Assembly: GCA_964252035.1 (NCBI GenBank)
Contig: OZ176200.1
Direction: 5' to 3' (one strand)
Source of the DNA: Podarcis erhardii
Lineage: Eukaryota
DNA: 64,000 bases
Position 1 is the stretch's first letter. Each line of letters starts with the position of its first letter. Below, one piece after another: positions 1-63,977 of this stretch. Position numbers and translations under genes: made by a program. Under the pieces are notes generated by a model. The model was not told the origin of the DNA. It saw nothing but the letters and a program-made list of their open reading frames with translations, and ran no database searches.

Positions 1-57
1 TTTATCTAGCCTGCCAAGCTTGATTTAATGCTGCAAGAAACAGAAGCTGGACCTTCA

Positions 58-37310
<37,253 letters not shown>

Positions 37311-37390
37311 CTACGGCTCAGCGGTACTGAGCCCGCCGCGCCCGCCCCGCCGCTCTTTTAACCACCGCCGTCAGAGCCGCCCCGGAGGAT

Positions 37391-37532
37391 GATGGGAAGC
37401 GTAGTCGGGGAAAACCGCCCGGGCTTGTAGCTGAAGGGGGGTCTGGGGTAGGATGGACTACAAGTCCCGACATGCATCTGAAAGGGGACACCCGTTCCCC
37501 CCCTCCTGAGGATCACGCGGGCAATGTAGTTC
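37391..37532. promoter_or_regulatory. Three ZNF143/THAP11-type (ACTACAnnTCCC) motifs
   Basis: GGACTACAAGTCCCGACATGC (+, 37455-37475); GACTACGCTTCCCATC (-, 37391-37406); GAACTACATTGCCCGC (-, 37517-37532). Confidence 0.7.
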
Positions 37533-38216
37533 ACGTTTCCGGCGGTGGGGCTCTGATTTGCTTAGAATGCAAGTTGGATTTACAGTATTGTGATGATCAG
37601 CATATATATTAAATATGTTTGAACTTATCCATGTTATTATTTTTTAATTATTGGGTTTTCCCTGTGTTTTTAAGCTGCTCTTATTCTCCCCACCCCCGTA
37701 AGCCATTTGGAGTCCCTGTCAGGGGGGAAAGTGGGGTATAAATAAATAAATATACAATTATGATAACAGTAATATGAGAAAACCCTCAGGTTTCAATCCT
37801 GAGCATTACTTGCATTCCTGGGCTCCTTTGGGAGGAAGGGCATTAACAATATTTAAAAATTACTTGTCTCTTTTGGATTTTCATATGTAGTTTTTGGCAC
37901 AACCGAAGGAAGCACGCGTGTAGTATGCGATGCGTGTTTTCCCGATTAGAAAGCTACTTATGAGAGTGGAATCCTCAGGTCCCGGTTTTCTGCAAAAGGA
38001 GCTCAGTGGGGTTTGCTTTTGAGTAGGTATCTGCAGGATTGCGCTGTTAAATTCTGCCACTCTCGTAAGCTAGCAAATACGATGATGTTTTAAATGTAAA
38101 TGTAAGCATCCTTTAGACATGGGACTATTTTTTTAAAAAATGTCTAGCCAAAGCCATTACAGTACAAGAGATGAAAAACACAGGACAGAATAAAATTAAT
38201 TACACAGTTATAATTA

Positions 38217-38218
<2 letters not shown>

Positions 38219-38250
<32 letters not shown>
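38219..38250. repeat. (GT)n microsatellite
   Basis: Direct reading; another at ~36089-36112. Confidence 0.95.
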
Positions 38251-38255
<5 letters not shown>

Positions 38256-38860
38256 AGAGACAATGTAAAGCAAACGCAACGCCCAGGCTGTTTCTTTCTC
38301 CAGGAAGGAGAACTCAATAGGGCGCAAATGTCAGATTTGTGACCCCGCCTTCCTGCTTATTCTCAGGAAATCTTTTTTTCGAAGCCAAAGGCTGCAGGAG
38401 AAAAACTACTTGTTCCAGATTGCACTGCGACTGTTTCCGCCGGAGCAATGAAGAGGCAGTTTTGAGGCTGTCATTACGCAGCCTCTTGCTTCCTTGCTGC
38501 CAGAGAGTTGCGCTGCAGAGCTTCGCCCCGGATTGCAGCGCGCCGTGTGTGATGCATTTCTGATATTTTCGGCTACGGATAAGGAGTTAACGCTGCGGCC
38601 TTCTGCACCAAGCCCCACTTGAACTGAGTAGGCAAAACGAGTACAATCTTAGCCACACTTCTCACATGGGGCTTAGACACAATGAGTGTACTTCTCAGCA
38701 GACTCGGGCTGGTAAAGAAGCCTAGGAAACAATATGGGAATTATTTCTGGGTAAACACGTGTAGGATGAGGCAGCCCGCTTGCTGTAGTCTTTAAGCACG
38801 GGTAACGAGGGGCTTACTTATGAGTAAGAGACTAGAGGGACAGAGATTTGCCCCAGAGAG

Positions 38861-39005
38861 CATGATTTCCCAAACTCCAACTGTTTTTGGACTAATACTC
38901 CCACCATCCCTAGCTTAGCAGGACCAGTGGTCAGGAATGATGGGAATTGTAGTCAAAACACACACACAAAACCAACAGCTGGAGAACCAAGTTTGGGAAA
39001 CTGAT
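38861..39005. mobile_element. Degraded hAT-like MITE
   Basis: TTTCCCAAACT...AGTTTGGGAAA inverted termini, internal GGACTA..CTCCC / GGGAATTGTAGTC palindrome; relative at ~39060-39175. Confidence 0.6.
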
Positions 39006-39239
39006 CTAAAGGATTTACCATTCTGGAAGATGAGCAGATAGTCAATGGATTGGATTGCATAGAGCAGCGATGTTTCTGGACCCTATTCAACCCCTGCCAG
39101 TATGGTCAGTGGACAGGGATGATGGGAGTTATAGTCCAGCAACATCTGGAGGGCCACTGGTTCCCATCCTGGCCCATACAGGGATAGCGGACTCTCCCCT
39201 GCTGGAGGTCTTCAAGCAGAAGAAGATGGGCAGCCACAT

Positions 39240-39560
39240 CACAAGACCCTGTTGGATGAGGCCAGTGACCCATAGCCCAGTATCCTCTTCCTATAGCGGA
39301 CAACCTATGGGAAGCCCACAAGCAGGACAGGAGAACAACAGCACTCTTTCCAACCTGGGAGTCTCAGAAACAGGTATTCAGGGGCATACTGCCTCTGACA
39401 GCAGAGACAGAACATAGCCATTTTGGCTAGCAGCCATTGATAGACTTCATCACCTGCCCAATCCTCTTTGAGAGCTGTCCCAAGTCGATGGCCATCGCTA
39501 CATCTTGTGTGATCCCATGGTTTAACTTTGTGCTGCGTAACGAAGCAATTTGTTAGGGAA
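39240..39560 (-). mobile_element. CR1-like 3' fragment
   Basis: Resembles the squamate CR1 3' end; related pieces at ~14545-14720 and ~51180-51290. Confidence 0.55.
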
Positions 39561-40826
39561 TGTTCAAACTGGATCTTTTGCATCAAAGGGAGTGGGTCAG
39601 AGCACAAGGCCCCCTACAACACTGTAACTCAGACATGCATGCACAAGGTATTCCTTCTCGTTAGAACATGCTCAGCTATGGATGGGAAGATGGTATTGGG
39701 TTGCAATTAAGATGGTATTTATGGCTAAGGAATGCTCAAGGCTCGTCTCTCATCCAGGATAGCGGTACTCCAAAATAGGGAAAGGGTCATTCCTCAACAC
39801 ACGGTGCTAGTGGATTTTCTGGAAACCAACACCAGAGTGCTGGAGAGAATAGCCTACGTGTTCAAGCCTTGCCCTGCCCTCCCCATGTAAATTATTGCAG
39901 TAGATCCAGCTTGGGACCTGGACATTTTGGGAGCCTCTGTGGTGGCACCTACCTCAGCATAACCGCACACCACTTCCCAAAGAGCAGCTTGAGCAGAAAT
40001 AATAAAAGCTTGTGAATGAACAATGCTTTCCAGCATGCCAAGATTGTGCTGAAGACAACCTCAATGTGCTGGGGGCCCTTCAATGCAAGCTACTAACTTG
40101 TTGCAACAAATGGTGGTTCTGGTTCTGTGATAATGGCAGCCATTTCTGTGGGATGGTTGGCTTCTTTTAGAGGCTACATAGTTAAGTGTACCAGGGTGGA
40201 AGAGGTGAGCATGGGTTCCTTGAGACCATGGTTAAAACTCTACTGGGTCTTCCCCAATGGTCAGTCCTACCTAGTATGTGATTTCAATGGCAGGGTTCAA
40301 GATTGTTACACCCAGGAAAGCAGTTGAGCCTGTCCTTAAGCAGGTGCAGAGTGGGCCTCCATCACTACTGAGTAACCACAGAAGCAGCTCATGCATTGCT
40401 GAAAAGAGGGAAGGGGCTTCGGCACCAAAGGGTGTTATTTCAAGGTCATGAGTGCTGTCATCTCTTTTTCTAGAACTTAACTATTGCCTGAACTCAAAGG
40501 TCCACACTGATGGCCCTTTTTGTTTTGACTACAAAATCTTCAATGAGAACAGGCAGGCAGGAAGCACTCTTGACCTTACTGAAGTGGAAAGAAATACAAG
40601 ATAAGGAACTTTTGTCCTTAATTTGCTCTGCTTTCTGATTCTTGTCTCAGTGCCATGGCCAGAGGACTACTCCCTAATTAGTTTAGCATGAGAGATCACT
40701 GCACCAATCTTCCACTTATTAAAATAACCTTACCTTCTTTGAACATCTCTGCATGACTTTGTTACAGGGAAAAAATGGACCGAAGGGGATAAACTTCTTT
40801 TTTTTTTTAAGGTGGTATAAAGGGTA

Positions 40827-41197
40827 AAGGTAGAAAGGTAAAGGACCCTGGACGGTTAAGTGCAGTCAAAGGCGACTATGGAGTGTGGCACTCATATCGT
40901 TTTTCAGGCCAAGGGAGCCGGCGTTTGTCCACAGACAGCTTTCCGGGTCATGCGGCCAGCATAAACCGCTTCTGGTGCAACAGGACACTGGGACGAGTGC
41001 CAGAGCGCACGGAAATGCCATTTACCTTCCCGCCACAGCGGTACCTATTTATCTACTTGCACTGGTGTGCTTGGTTGGCAGGAGCTGGGGCAGAGCACTG
41101 GGAGCTCACCCCTTTGCACAGATTCGAACGGCCAACCTTCCAATCAGCAAGCCCAAGAGACCCAGTGGTTTAGACCACAGCACCACCTGCGTCCTGT
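40827..41197 (-). mobile_element. Sauria-type SINE
   Basis: Reverse-complement head and tail; 14-bp TSD TGGTATAAAGGGTA (40813-40826 / 41198-41211). Confidence 0.92.
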
Positions 41198-42247
41198 TGG
41201 TATAAAGGGTAGATATCCCCAAAACAATGCAGCCATGCCATTCCATTAATAAGAGACAATGGGGGTAGGGGTGGCTTTCCCTTTTTTTTATTTCAAAAAT
41301 TGAATAAGACTGTTTTCTGTATGCAACCGAGTGCAGCTTGGACTGCAGAATTTAATTTGTGTCGAGTTTGCTCCATAGTGGAATATGTCTAGGGAAAGGG
41401 GTTGGCTAGGATAGCCTTGTGGTCCCTTGCAATGTTGTAGCATTCTAATATATGCTGTGGAATTCTAAGCATGTTTAAGACTTAGAAGTAAACCTGAGTT
41501 CAATCTTCCCTAGTAAAAGTGCCAGGGACTGCAGCCTCAATTTCTTTCCCGCTTGCAGCTAACCATTATGCCTAGAGAGAACGATCTGATATATGTTACT
41601 GCCTCGAGGGTTATCAAACACAGAAAATAAACTTAGCTACACAGCAACATTTTTCTCTTTAATTTTTTATGAGTGACAGTTGCATGAGGTTAGGCATAAT
41701 GTAGCAAGAGAAATGTATTATTTAAGGAGACCACATCCCAAAGCGCCACTATTTTTTCATGATTAATGCCAGGTTTCTCTCTGGATAATAGACCTTTACC
41801 CCTTGGCAACATGCTCTCTGCTTCCCTCACCCGGTAAATCGGTTTGCATCTTTGCTGTTACACCTAATTTGGTCCTCATCTATATAGCAACATCAAAAAT
41901 ATTTGAGGATTGCTGCACTAAAGTTTGAATGCAGGTATGCAACAGCCAACTAAAAGGATGCATAGCTGTGGTCATGCCCTGCAACATGAAAACTGGCTTT
42001 TTGTTACAAAAGCTGATCGGTTTAATCAAATTCCAAACCAAGTGTATAGAGAAAATGTAGTTTCTACTAGATACAGAAAACCCTACTGTAAAGTTCATGT
42101 ATTGCTTTCAAGTCTTCATGTCCTGGTCTTCTACCTGACTAGGACAACAATGCAAGAGATGCATGAACAAATGTTACGGGCTTGGTATTACAGTGGCATT
42201 ATTTACTGTTGCTTGAAGAACTGACCCTCATAAGGTGTCATTAACTA

Positions 42248-42524
42248 CAGTGGTGCCTCGCAAGACGAAAAGTATCTGTTCCGCGAGTCTCTTCGTCTTG
42301 CGTTTTTTTTGTCTTGCGAAGCATTCCTATTAGCGGATTAGCGCTATTAGCGGCTTAACGGCTTAGAAAAAGGGGGGGGGAGGGAAAAGACTCGCAAGAC
42401 GTTTTCGTCTTGCGAAGCAAGCCCATAGGGAAATTCGTCTTGCGAAGCGCCTCGAAAAACGGAAAACCCTTTCGTCTAGCGGGTTTTTCGTCTTGCGAGG
42501 CATTCGTCTTGCGGGGCACCACTG
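42248..42524. mobile_element. Tc1/pogo-type MITE (CAAGACGAA-rich)
   Basis: TA-CAGTGGTGCC...GGCACCACTG-TA. Confidence 0.9.
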
Positions 42525-43048
42525 TACTTCTGAAACCCCCTGCTGTACACCATGCAGCATAGGTGGCTGCTGTTCAAAGTATAAATCCCCTTAGGTCTAC
42601 AGGACCAATTACTAGGTGCTGGCCTTGATTCAGAGTACCATGAAAGAATTGACTCTTCATTAATTCAGGAGGAAAGCAAGGTAGGATTTTGACTCTCCCC
42701 CCCCCCCCCAATTGGCTCACATACTTGGTTCATTTGTCAGTTTGTGGGATGCTGGCCCACCCTGCTGCTACCCTTGGCTTCAGGTGTAACTATTTCGAAT
42801 GATTTAGTCCTTCTGTCTCAGCATTTAACTACAGAATTGTAGCAGCAATTAGTGATGCAACCACACACAATGGACTGTAGTCCTGAAGAGCACAGTGTAC
42901 TGACATACTATCAAGCTGAATCATGATCATTCGGAGCTGCAGAGCTGCATACAGTGGTAGTTTTATGCCGGAAGAAATTGCTTTCCATTCGTGTAAGGCA
43001 AGGCACCCAATTTTCATAGACTCCAGTACTGCATGACCCTCAATGCAA

Positions 43049-43212
43049 AATCCAGAGTTGCTGAGGGTGCTCCGACCTTCAGGATTTGCTGTGGGTTGGT
43101 GGAGGATCAGGGAAAATCCGAAGAGGTTCTAATCCAGAGTTGCTGAGGGTGCTCCGACCTTCAGGATTTGCTGTGGGTCGGTGGAGGATCAGGGAAAATC
43201 CGAAGAGGTTCT
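43049..43212. repeat. Tandem duplication, 2 x 82 bp
   Basis: AATCCAGAGTTGCTGAGG...GAAGAGGTTCT repeated head to tail, 1 mismatch. Confidence 0.95.
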
Positions 43213-44520
43213 GCATTAAACCGAGAAAAGCACAAGAGACGTGGACCAGCTGAGGAGCGGGGGCTGTCAGCCTTTTTGTGTTGATGCAAGACTCTGGTGT
43301 GGCAGCACCTACTACTGACACACTATCTTCAAAGGGTTGGTCAGGAGTGAATGCAGCCCACCAGCCAAAACGGATTAGCCCCCTCCGCTCAAAGCCAAGG
43401 TAGCTCTTTTGGCTGCCCTGGGAGATGCTGGGGCTTGGACTTTGTCCAGCTTCTAAAGGAAGGAAATTCCACCCCATGGCATGTTTACATGATGTGTGTT
43501 GTGTCAAGAGTCACATATTAGTGGACAAACTTTGGGTTATTTAAGATATTAAATGGGTCAATTTGACACTCTACAGTACTGTCAAATTGGCCACTCTGTT
43601 CATGGCTCAGTGAAATTCCTATAAAGAAAGTTCTCTACTTTGAGAGTAAACTTGGAAGATTTTTTTTTGGGGGGGGCACACGACCAAGTAGAATGTCTGC
43701 CACCATCAAAAGGTGAGGGATCTCATCTGGCTTGTATGCAACATTTAGTAGTTTTAACAACTGCAGGAAAATGGATTTGTCTTTCAGTAAGCACAGATTG
43801 AGACAAAATTCTAAAATCCTTCTCAATTTTAGGTAATGAGATTATTATCTATGGTTTTAACTTTAAGAGTAGCAGTCATTTTTTTGCATGGAGCAACAAG
43901 ACACTAGAGTGCTAAAACCTCCATATTTTGCACTAAGAAAACCCAATTGTCAAAAACCATATTTTTCACACAACAGTTTATGCAACTTTCGTAATTACCG
44001 GCAGAGTGGACACACAGGTCTGACTTGTCAAGGGGACAGAAATGGAATCATCGGCTTCTTCTGGCCACCACCTATATATAGGCTGCTTCATCATTCTACG
44101 TATGGTCAATTGGATGGTTTGAGTCTTCTGTAGATGATGTAGCCCCCCTTAAAAGGCCTTATTGAAACTTTGTTTTGTATGGGTTTTTTTATTGGATACC
44201 TACATAATCTGCACTCTTGCTGGAAGATCCTTTCCTTAAGTTAAACGTAGTTTTATGATGAGCAGGTAAAATTCCATTTCTTCTTTATTTAATCCATATA
44301 ATACACCAGTTTTAGAATTTAAAAACTAGATAAAAGAGCATATTAAATGGCAGGTGTATGAAGTTTTTCTTCATAAAACAATGTCTGAACAAAAAAACCT
44401 GAATTATAAAATATTTAAAAATAGGTTGGTACATTTGAACATAGCATTCAACTAAAGCATAAAGATACAGATATAGTATAAAGAAAAATTGTGCCACTTA
44501 CCTATAATTTTTTTTTTTTT

Positions 44521-44627
44521 GCTGTTTCTAGGAACTTTTTATTCTGTACATAGGACCATTCTGTACAAAATATGAAGTCTACATTTTTATTACTCATTAC
44601 AATAAAACAAAGTACAATGTATGTACA
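44521..44627 (-). terminator. Probable PPP2R5C polyadenylation signals
   Basis: AATAAA on the minus strand at 44538-44543 and 44586-44591, with several upstream TGTA motifs. A genomic A-run follows at ~44508-44520. Confidence 0.6.
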
Positions 44628-47430
44628 ATATTAAAATGAAGCCATACTAAAGCCACACACAAAAAAAGACACTTGGTAATATTCTTTTTGACATTCCTGA
44701 TGTACAGGCATAAAATTTTGGAGAACATGGGAAGATGGCTAACACTGAACTTTATGAAGAACAACAGTCACCAAAACTATATTTTATTTGCACGTTTTTA
44801 TTTTGGATGTATTAGTTTTTAGAATAATTTAATACAGAACTTATACAGAGCATAAAAATGGTGATAACAAACAAGCCAAACAATTAGTGCTGCTAAATTT
44901 TAGAATATTGCTTAGGCAAGTTTGTCAACTGGCCTAAAATCTCAAGAGCAAGTTTTCATGGCATAATTTTCCTACCTATCCCAGAACGTTAGCTTTTTGG
45001 TGAATGTTTATCTTCAGTAAAGAGAAAAAATAAAATCTAGACAGTGAAAGATCTTATACGTTGAGCGTTACACAGTCAACCAAACATTGATATACAATAT
45101 TTTCCCACTCCCCCAGAGGATAACATTAGTTTGAATGCTTCTTTCCAGAAACCTCTTTCATGAACCTACTGAACAGCCTAATTATAAAAAGGTATTTGAC
45201 AGGTTACCAGCTAAAGATGGAAGTTCAAACAATGGTATATCAAAATACATATAGACGTTGCAGTTTGCAATTAAAAAAGCACCCTTTCCCACCACCTCAA
45301 AAAGGGAAGACATCTTTAATCTGCTTTAAATTACTTGTTTTTTCATGGTAAACCATATTTATTTTCAAGTTTAACAGGAATTGTTTTTACACAGAATGGG
45401 TATTTTATTTGAAGCTTGGAGTGGTCTTTATATTAATTTAGTTCTGCCTTACCACTAATTCCCATCACACCACATATGATTTCTCCCCATAGCTTTTGCA
45501 ATAAATATTGGACATTTTGTTTTAAGTGAGACCAGACAGCAGGTACTACATCTGCACAAGGTTACTATAACTGCCTGTTTCGCACAATAATTTTAATGGA
45601 TTCACGATACCTCATTTCCTTAAAAACTTATTTTAAAGAAGCCACATGTTTTAACTTTTTCTGCATTAAAACACTGTTTGCTACTGCCAGAGACAAAAGA
45701 AAGAAGTTGCTGGTTCTAAATAAAACACAACTGGAACCCAGCTCTTAACCAGGATACAAAAGTCTAAAAATACTGGCCACCCTGAGAGAAATCAAATATC
45801 GAAGACAAAGCACTATATATATATATCTATAGAAAATTTCTTCGTGCTTTCCCATCCACAACAATAAAAAAGAGCTCACAACATGCACGTAATCTTGTGG
45901 AATATATAGCAGCATTTGAAGATCAACAGTAACTCGGATGAGTTTTTTTTCCTTGTGAGGTGTGTATGTTTTACATGTGCTTTTCACCACAGAAAACAAT
46001 ATGACAGCAGAACTTCTGTAACTCATTTCTCAGCTTTTAAGACAGGCATCTGAAAAATGCATAATGCAATGAGGATCTGTTGCCTTATTAAATATAATAT
46101 GAAAAGGTACTAATGCTGCATTCTTATCAAATTATATCATCCAGAGAAATGTATCCAGCTAGCTGGTCTCATGATGTCTACAAAAAGAACTCTTAGAGCT
46201 CAAAATATGCCATGCAGTAAAAACTCAGGTAAGGGAGAAAAACACTGAAGTCATTCTGGTAAATGAAATAATAGTTCTTTTTGGGAAAACCAAAGTAAGT
46301 GTTATGCAATGACTTATTTTTTGTTTTTTTAAATGCAATTTATTTCTAATCAAGGCAGACAGGATTTCAGTTTTAGGAACACAAATTCTTTTTCTAGCAG
46401 GTCAGTTCCAAAATACTCAGCTTCTATTACATGCTAAAAGATTGGAAAATATGGCTTCAATCCATATAAAGTACTTTGAGGGTGCCTCTCTCTGAAATAA
46501 TTTTCAGAGCTCCCAGAAATTAGCCGTGATTGAAGATTGTCATGAAAATTGCCATTCTGTAAGCTGAACTGAGAGAATAATTTAACTGTGTGTGTTTCCA
46601 AGCTTCCAGGAATTTGTCAAGGCAGTAATGCAGGTTTGTTTCCCCCCCCCCCCCGGAAGTTTTTTCAGTGTTATAAAAATGCCTAATAGGTTTTCGGTGA
46701 ATTTAAAAACTCGACTATTGCCACAGTACCAACTTTGGGGACAGGAAGAATAGAAAGAAAATGGCCTCCGCCTACCAGGCATTTCTGTACTGCAGCTTCT
46801 AATTAGGAAAACCCATGCAAGGCCACTTTGCCCACACAGAAAGCAGTTCCATATAAAGAAAGAAAAAAAAAGGAATGTGCAGTCACACATGCATTTTCTT
46901 GTGCGCCTGCACATATATGATGTACATGAGCCACAAGCTGCAGCCGACTGTAGTCCAACAGGTGTACATACTGCAAACAATATGATCAACGTTATGGTTT
47001 CATGGTTTTCCATATACAGAACTGCTTTCCATGCCCCGCACAAAAGAGGGAAGGTGGAGCAGCCAAAAAGGTTTAGGGAGGTTGTGTGATTTGCGCCAAG
47101 GCTGTTCTTCTCTCAGTAATAATATGGAGGGGGAAAAGTGCATGCTTCCGACTGGCTAGTACTATGCCAACATCCTCAAGGAAGTGTCTTCGTTTAATAC
47201 TTGTCAACCCAAGGTTCTGCATATAGAATCTGATAATTTACCATTGTTTGAACAACTAATCTTGAGCTGCGCATACTGTATCAAAGTTATTGCCTAAAGA
47301 AATGGGATTGGGGAAAAAGCTTTGACTTGTGTGTAACTGATCAGTATGGCACAAAAAAAGTAAGTTCTCTACTGTGGAACAGAGTCCAGAAAAAAGGGTT
47401 TTCCTCCAAATAAGATTTCACTTGAATAGT
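44521..47430 (-). other. PPP2R5C: Probable PPP2R5C 3' UTR (~2.9 kb)
   Basis: AT-rich, with no obvious repeats, from the stop codon to a poly(A) signal cluster. Confidence 0.65.
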
Positions 47431-61028
<13,598 letters not shown>

Positions 61029-63608
61029 CTAAATTGAGGGGAAAGAATAACATTGTTAGGCTACCAAAAATATATATATATACAGAAGTCAAATACATTT
61101 TGTTGTTATTGAATGTTCATTTTTGGTGAATGAAACCCAAAATATATTGCAAAATGCAAAACCTCAACAACACTTAACAACACTTAAGATTACAAATAAG
61201 GCTCACAAAGTAGGTTATAGAAAAACAGTTTAACTGTGAACTTGAGAACTTGGGCTGTGATATTCAGGTAGGATACAACAATGTCCATTGTACAAGCAGT
61301 TTTCTATACCTGTTTATTTACACTCCACACTGCAACATTTTCTTTATTTCTAATGACAAAATCTTTGGAAATATGGAGGGAAGGAGGAAAACCAACCATC
61401 ACCACCCTAGCTATCTTGAGGTTAACAGGGATCTATGGGAATATTTGACAGATTCCATATTTCTTTATTCAGCAAGTAAACCGTACTGTTGACTTGTTGA
61501 CTCTTCAACACTACTAAATTCAAACGCACAAAAAGATACTATTTTTGACAACTTCTATCCCTTTGTAAAATAATTTTAACCTGGGGCAGCTGCCAGATCC
61601 AGAATGATTATGGAAATCAGACAAGCAATTTTTGTATGCAACACTGGGACATGAAACTTCGGTTTTGCTGTAACTGCACATAGGCCTCCACCAGAAACAC
61701 AATCAATGACTAAAAACTTAAGCAACATTTTGTACGATTAATAAAATTAGCTGAAGGGAAAGGCATCAAAGGTTTGCAGCTACAGAGGCCCTCATTGGCA
61801 GTGATGTGTGAGAGCTGATAATTCACTATAAGAAAGAAATAAGCAAATTCACAATTTCTTAGAAGAAGTTCCACTCTTGCTCTTGGAGTGAGGAGTGAAT
61901 ACTATTGACTCTTCTACTATTCTAGGAACATTTATCAGAGAGGATAAATGAAATTGAGGGGCAAAAAGCAAGTGATAAACTTTATAGGCTAAAATCAGTG
62001 GGTCTGTAGCCTATTGTGCGCTTTATTTGAATTTGGATTCATCCAGCAAAAGGCAGCTGTGTATTCTTCACTGTAACTATAATAGTCTACAATGTTGCTC
62101 AAACAAGAGTTGAGCTTTTCCAGATGGCTCTTTGTGTCTGTGCAAGAGAGAACACACACCACCTTGCTTCCTGGTAGATGGAAAAATACTACGTCTGTTG
62201 TTTACTGTAGAAGGAGGGAGGGGAAGACACCCAAAGAAACACTGCACACACCTACAAAGCAGCTGAAAAGTGCATGCTGGAACTATTCATTTTAAACATT
62301 TGAAACTCACCTCGCTGGTGGAGGTATTTTGAAAGTTTGCAATTGTATCCCTCCACCAACGGGAAGGCTCTTTGATCCAGAGGAGGCCTCCACCAGCTGG
62401 GGTGAGGGGCACAGGAGGAGAAGCAATTTTTGTACATTCCTCCATCCTCCCATGCCACCTATGGCATTGTTCCAAAGGGGCCCCTGAGCCCTTGGAAGCA
62501 AATTGGGGGATGAGGTGGAGGGAGCTGCTGCAGAGGGAAGGGGAATCAATGAAAATACTTCTCTCCCTTTCTGCTAATGCAAAGGTGGTGCCTTTCATTT
62601 GGCTCGCCAACCCCAACCCAATTTCCTTGCGGCACCAACAGAGCAGATTTCCTTCCCCACTCCCCACCACTGCTAGCCATTTGGAGTGCTCTAGAAACAG
62701 GAAGGAGTGCTCTCATGTTTTCCAGCTGTGGGGACATTATTTACATTTATAAACTACCCCTCATTACGCAGGATCTAAAAGTAGTGGACACACACAATGG
62801 AAGCATATAACAATTGATTGAAGCATGATTCAAGACTGTATTACGCCAACAAAGACAGTTCAGCAGAAGCGTTAGAAACAGCCCTACCCACTCATAGAAC
62901 TGAAGCAGGTAAGTATACCATGGTGCTGGTAATGCCAAGGTTGAAGGTTTGATCCCCGTATAGAACAGCTGCATATTCCTGAATTTTTCAGACTTGATTA
63001 TTCTCAGGGTCCCTTCCAACTCTACAATTCTATTATTCCTTCCTGTTTCTGGAGCACTCCGTTTCGCTAGCAACAGTAGTGGGAAGAGGAAAGGTATTTT
63101 GTTCACTTTCCTTCCCAATCACTTCTTTCCTCTTCATCCCATCTCTGTCAGATTATCCTCCCCATTGTGGTGCTGGGTGATGTGGAGGAAAACTGAGCAC
63201 CCTCTGCTCTAGTTGAGAGGGGGCGATGGGGAGGAAGCTGAAGCTGCTTGCTGTACCAGAATATGATGTGATTTTAGTGCTCATTTTGGGGTTTGGGGTT
63301 TATTTACGGATAAATGCATCTGTGTTTGTGTGTGTGTATGGAGTGGCCACAATCACTTTTTAACCACACCCACAGTGGCATGCTCCCCGTGGAGGGTTTG
63401 CTAGGGGGTGACACGGCTCTTGGGACAAAAAAAGATTAGCTTCCCCTACCCTAATGAAAGCCTTCACCGGATCAAAGAGCCTTTCATCAATGAAGAGATG
63501 CAACTGGATACAACCCACAAAAATCTCAACTTGCATATCCAAAAAGCAGAGCAGAGGCATATTAACACCCAAGTAAAATAAAAAAGAAGTAAAATAAAAA
63601 AAAGAAGA

Positions 63609-63977
63609 GGGACGTGGGTGGCGCTGTGGGTAAAACCTCAGCGCCTAGGACTTGCCGATCGCATAGTCGGCGGTTCGAATCCCCATGGTGGGGTGAGCTC
63701 CCGTTGTTCAGTCCCAGCTCCTGCCCACCTAGCAGTTCGAAAGCACAATTAAGTGCAAGTGTAGATAAATAGGTACCGCTTTCTAGCGGGAAGGTAAACG
63801 GCGTTTCCGTGTGCTGCTCTGGTGCCGGTTCGCCAGAGCAGCTTCGTCACGCTGGCCACGTGACCCGGAAGTGTCTGCGGACAGTGCTGGCTCCCGGCCT
63901 CTAGAGTGAGATGAGCGCACAACCCTAGAGTCTGTCAAGACTGGCCCGTACGGGCAGGGGTACCTTTACCTTTACTT
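63609..63977 (+). mobile_element. Sauria-type SINE
   Basis: GGGACGTGGGTGGCGCTGTGG head, GGTTCGAATCCC B-box, ACCTTT tail, TAAAATAAAAAAGAA-like TSD. Confidence 0.9.

Noticed and set aside
63609-63700. tRNA-like A/B boxes here and at 4111-4170 and 58014
   Set aside because: SINE heads followed by SINE body, tail and TSD; no complete cloverleaf.
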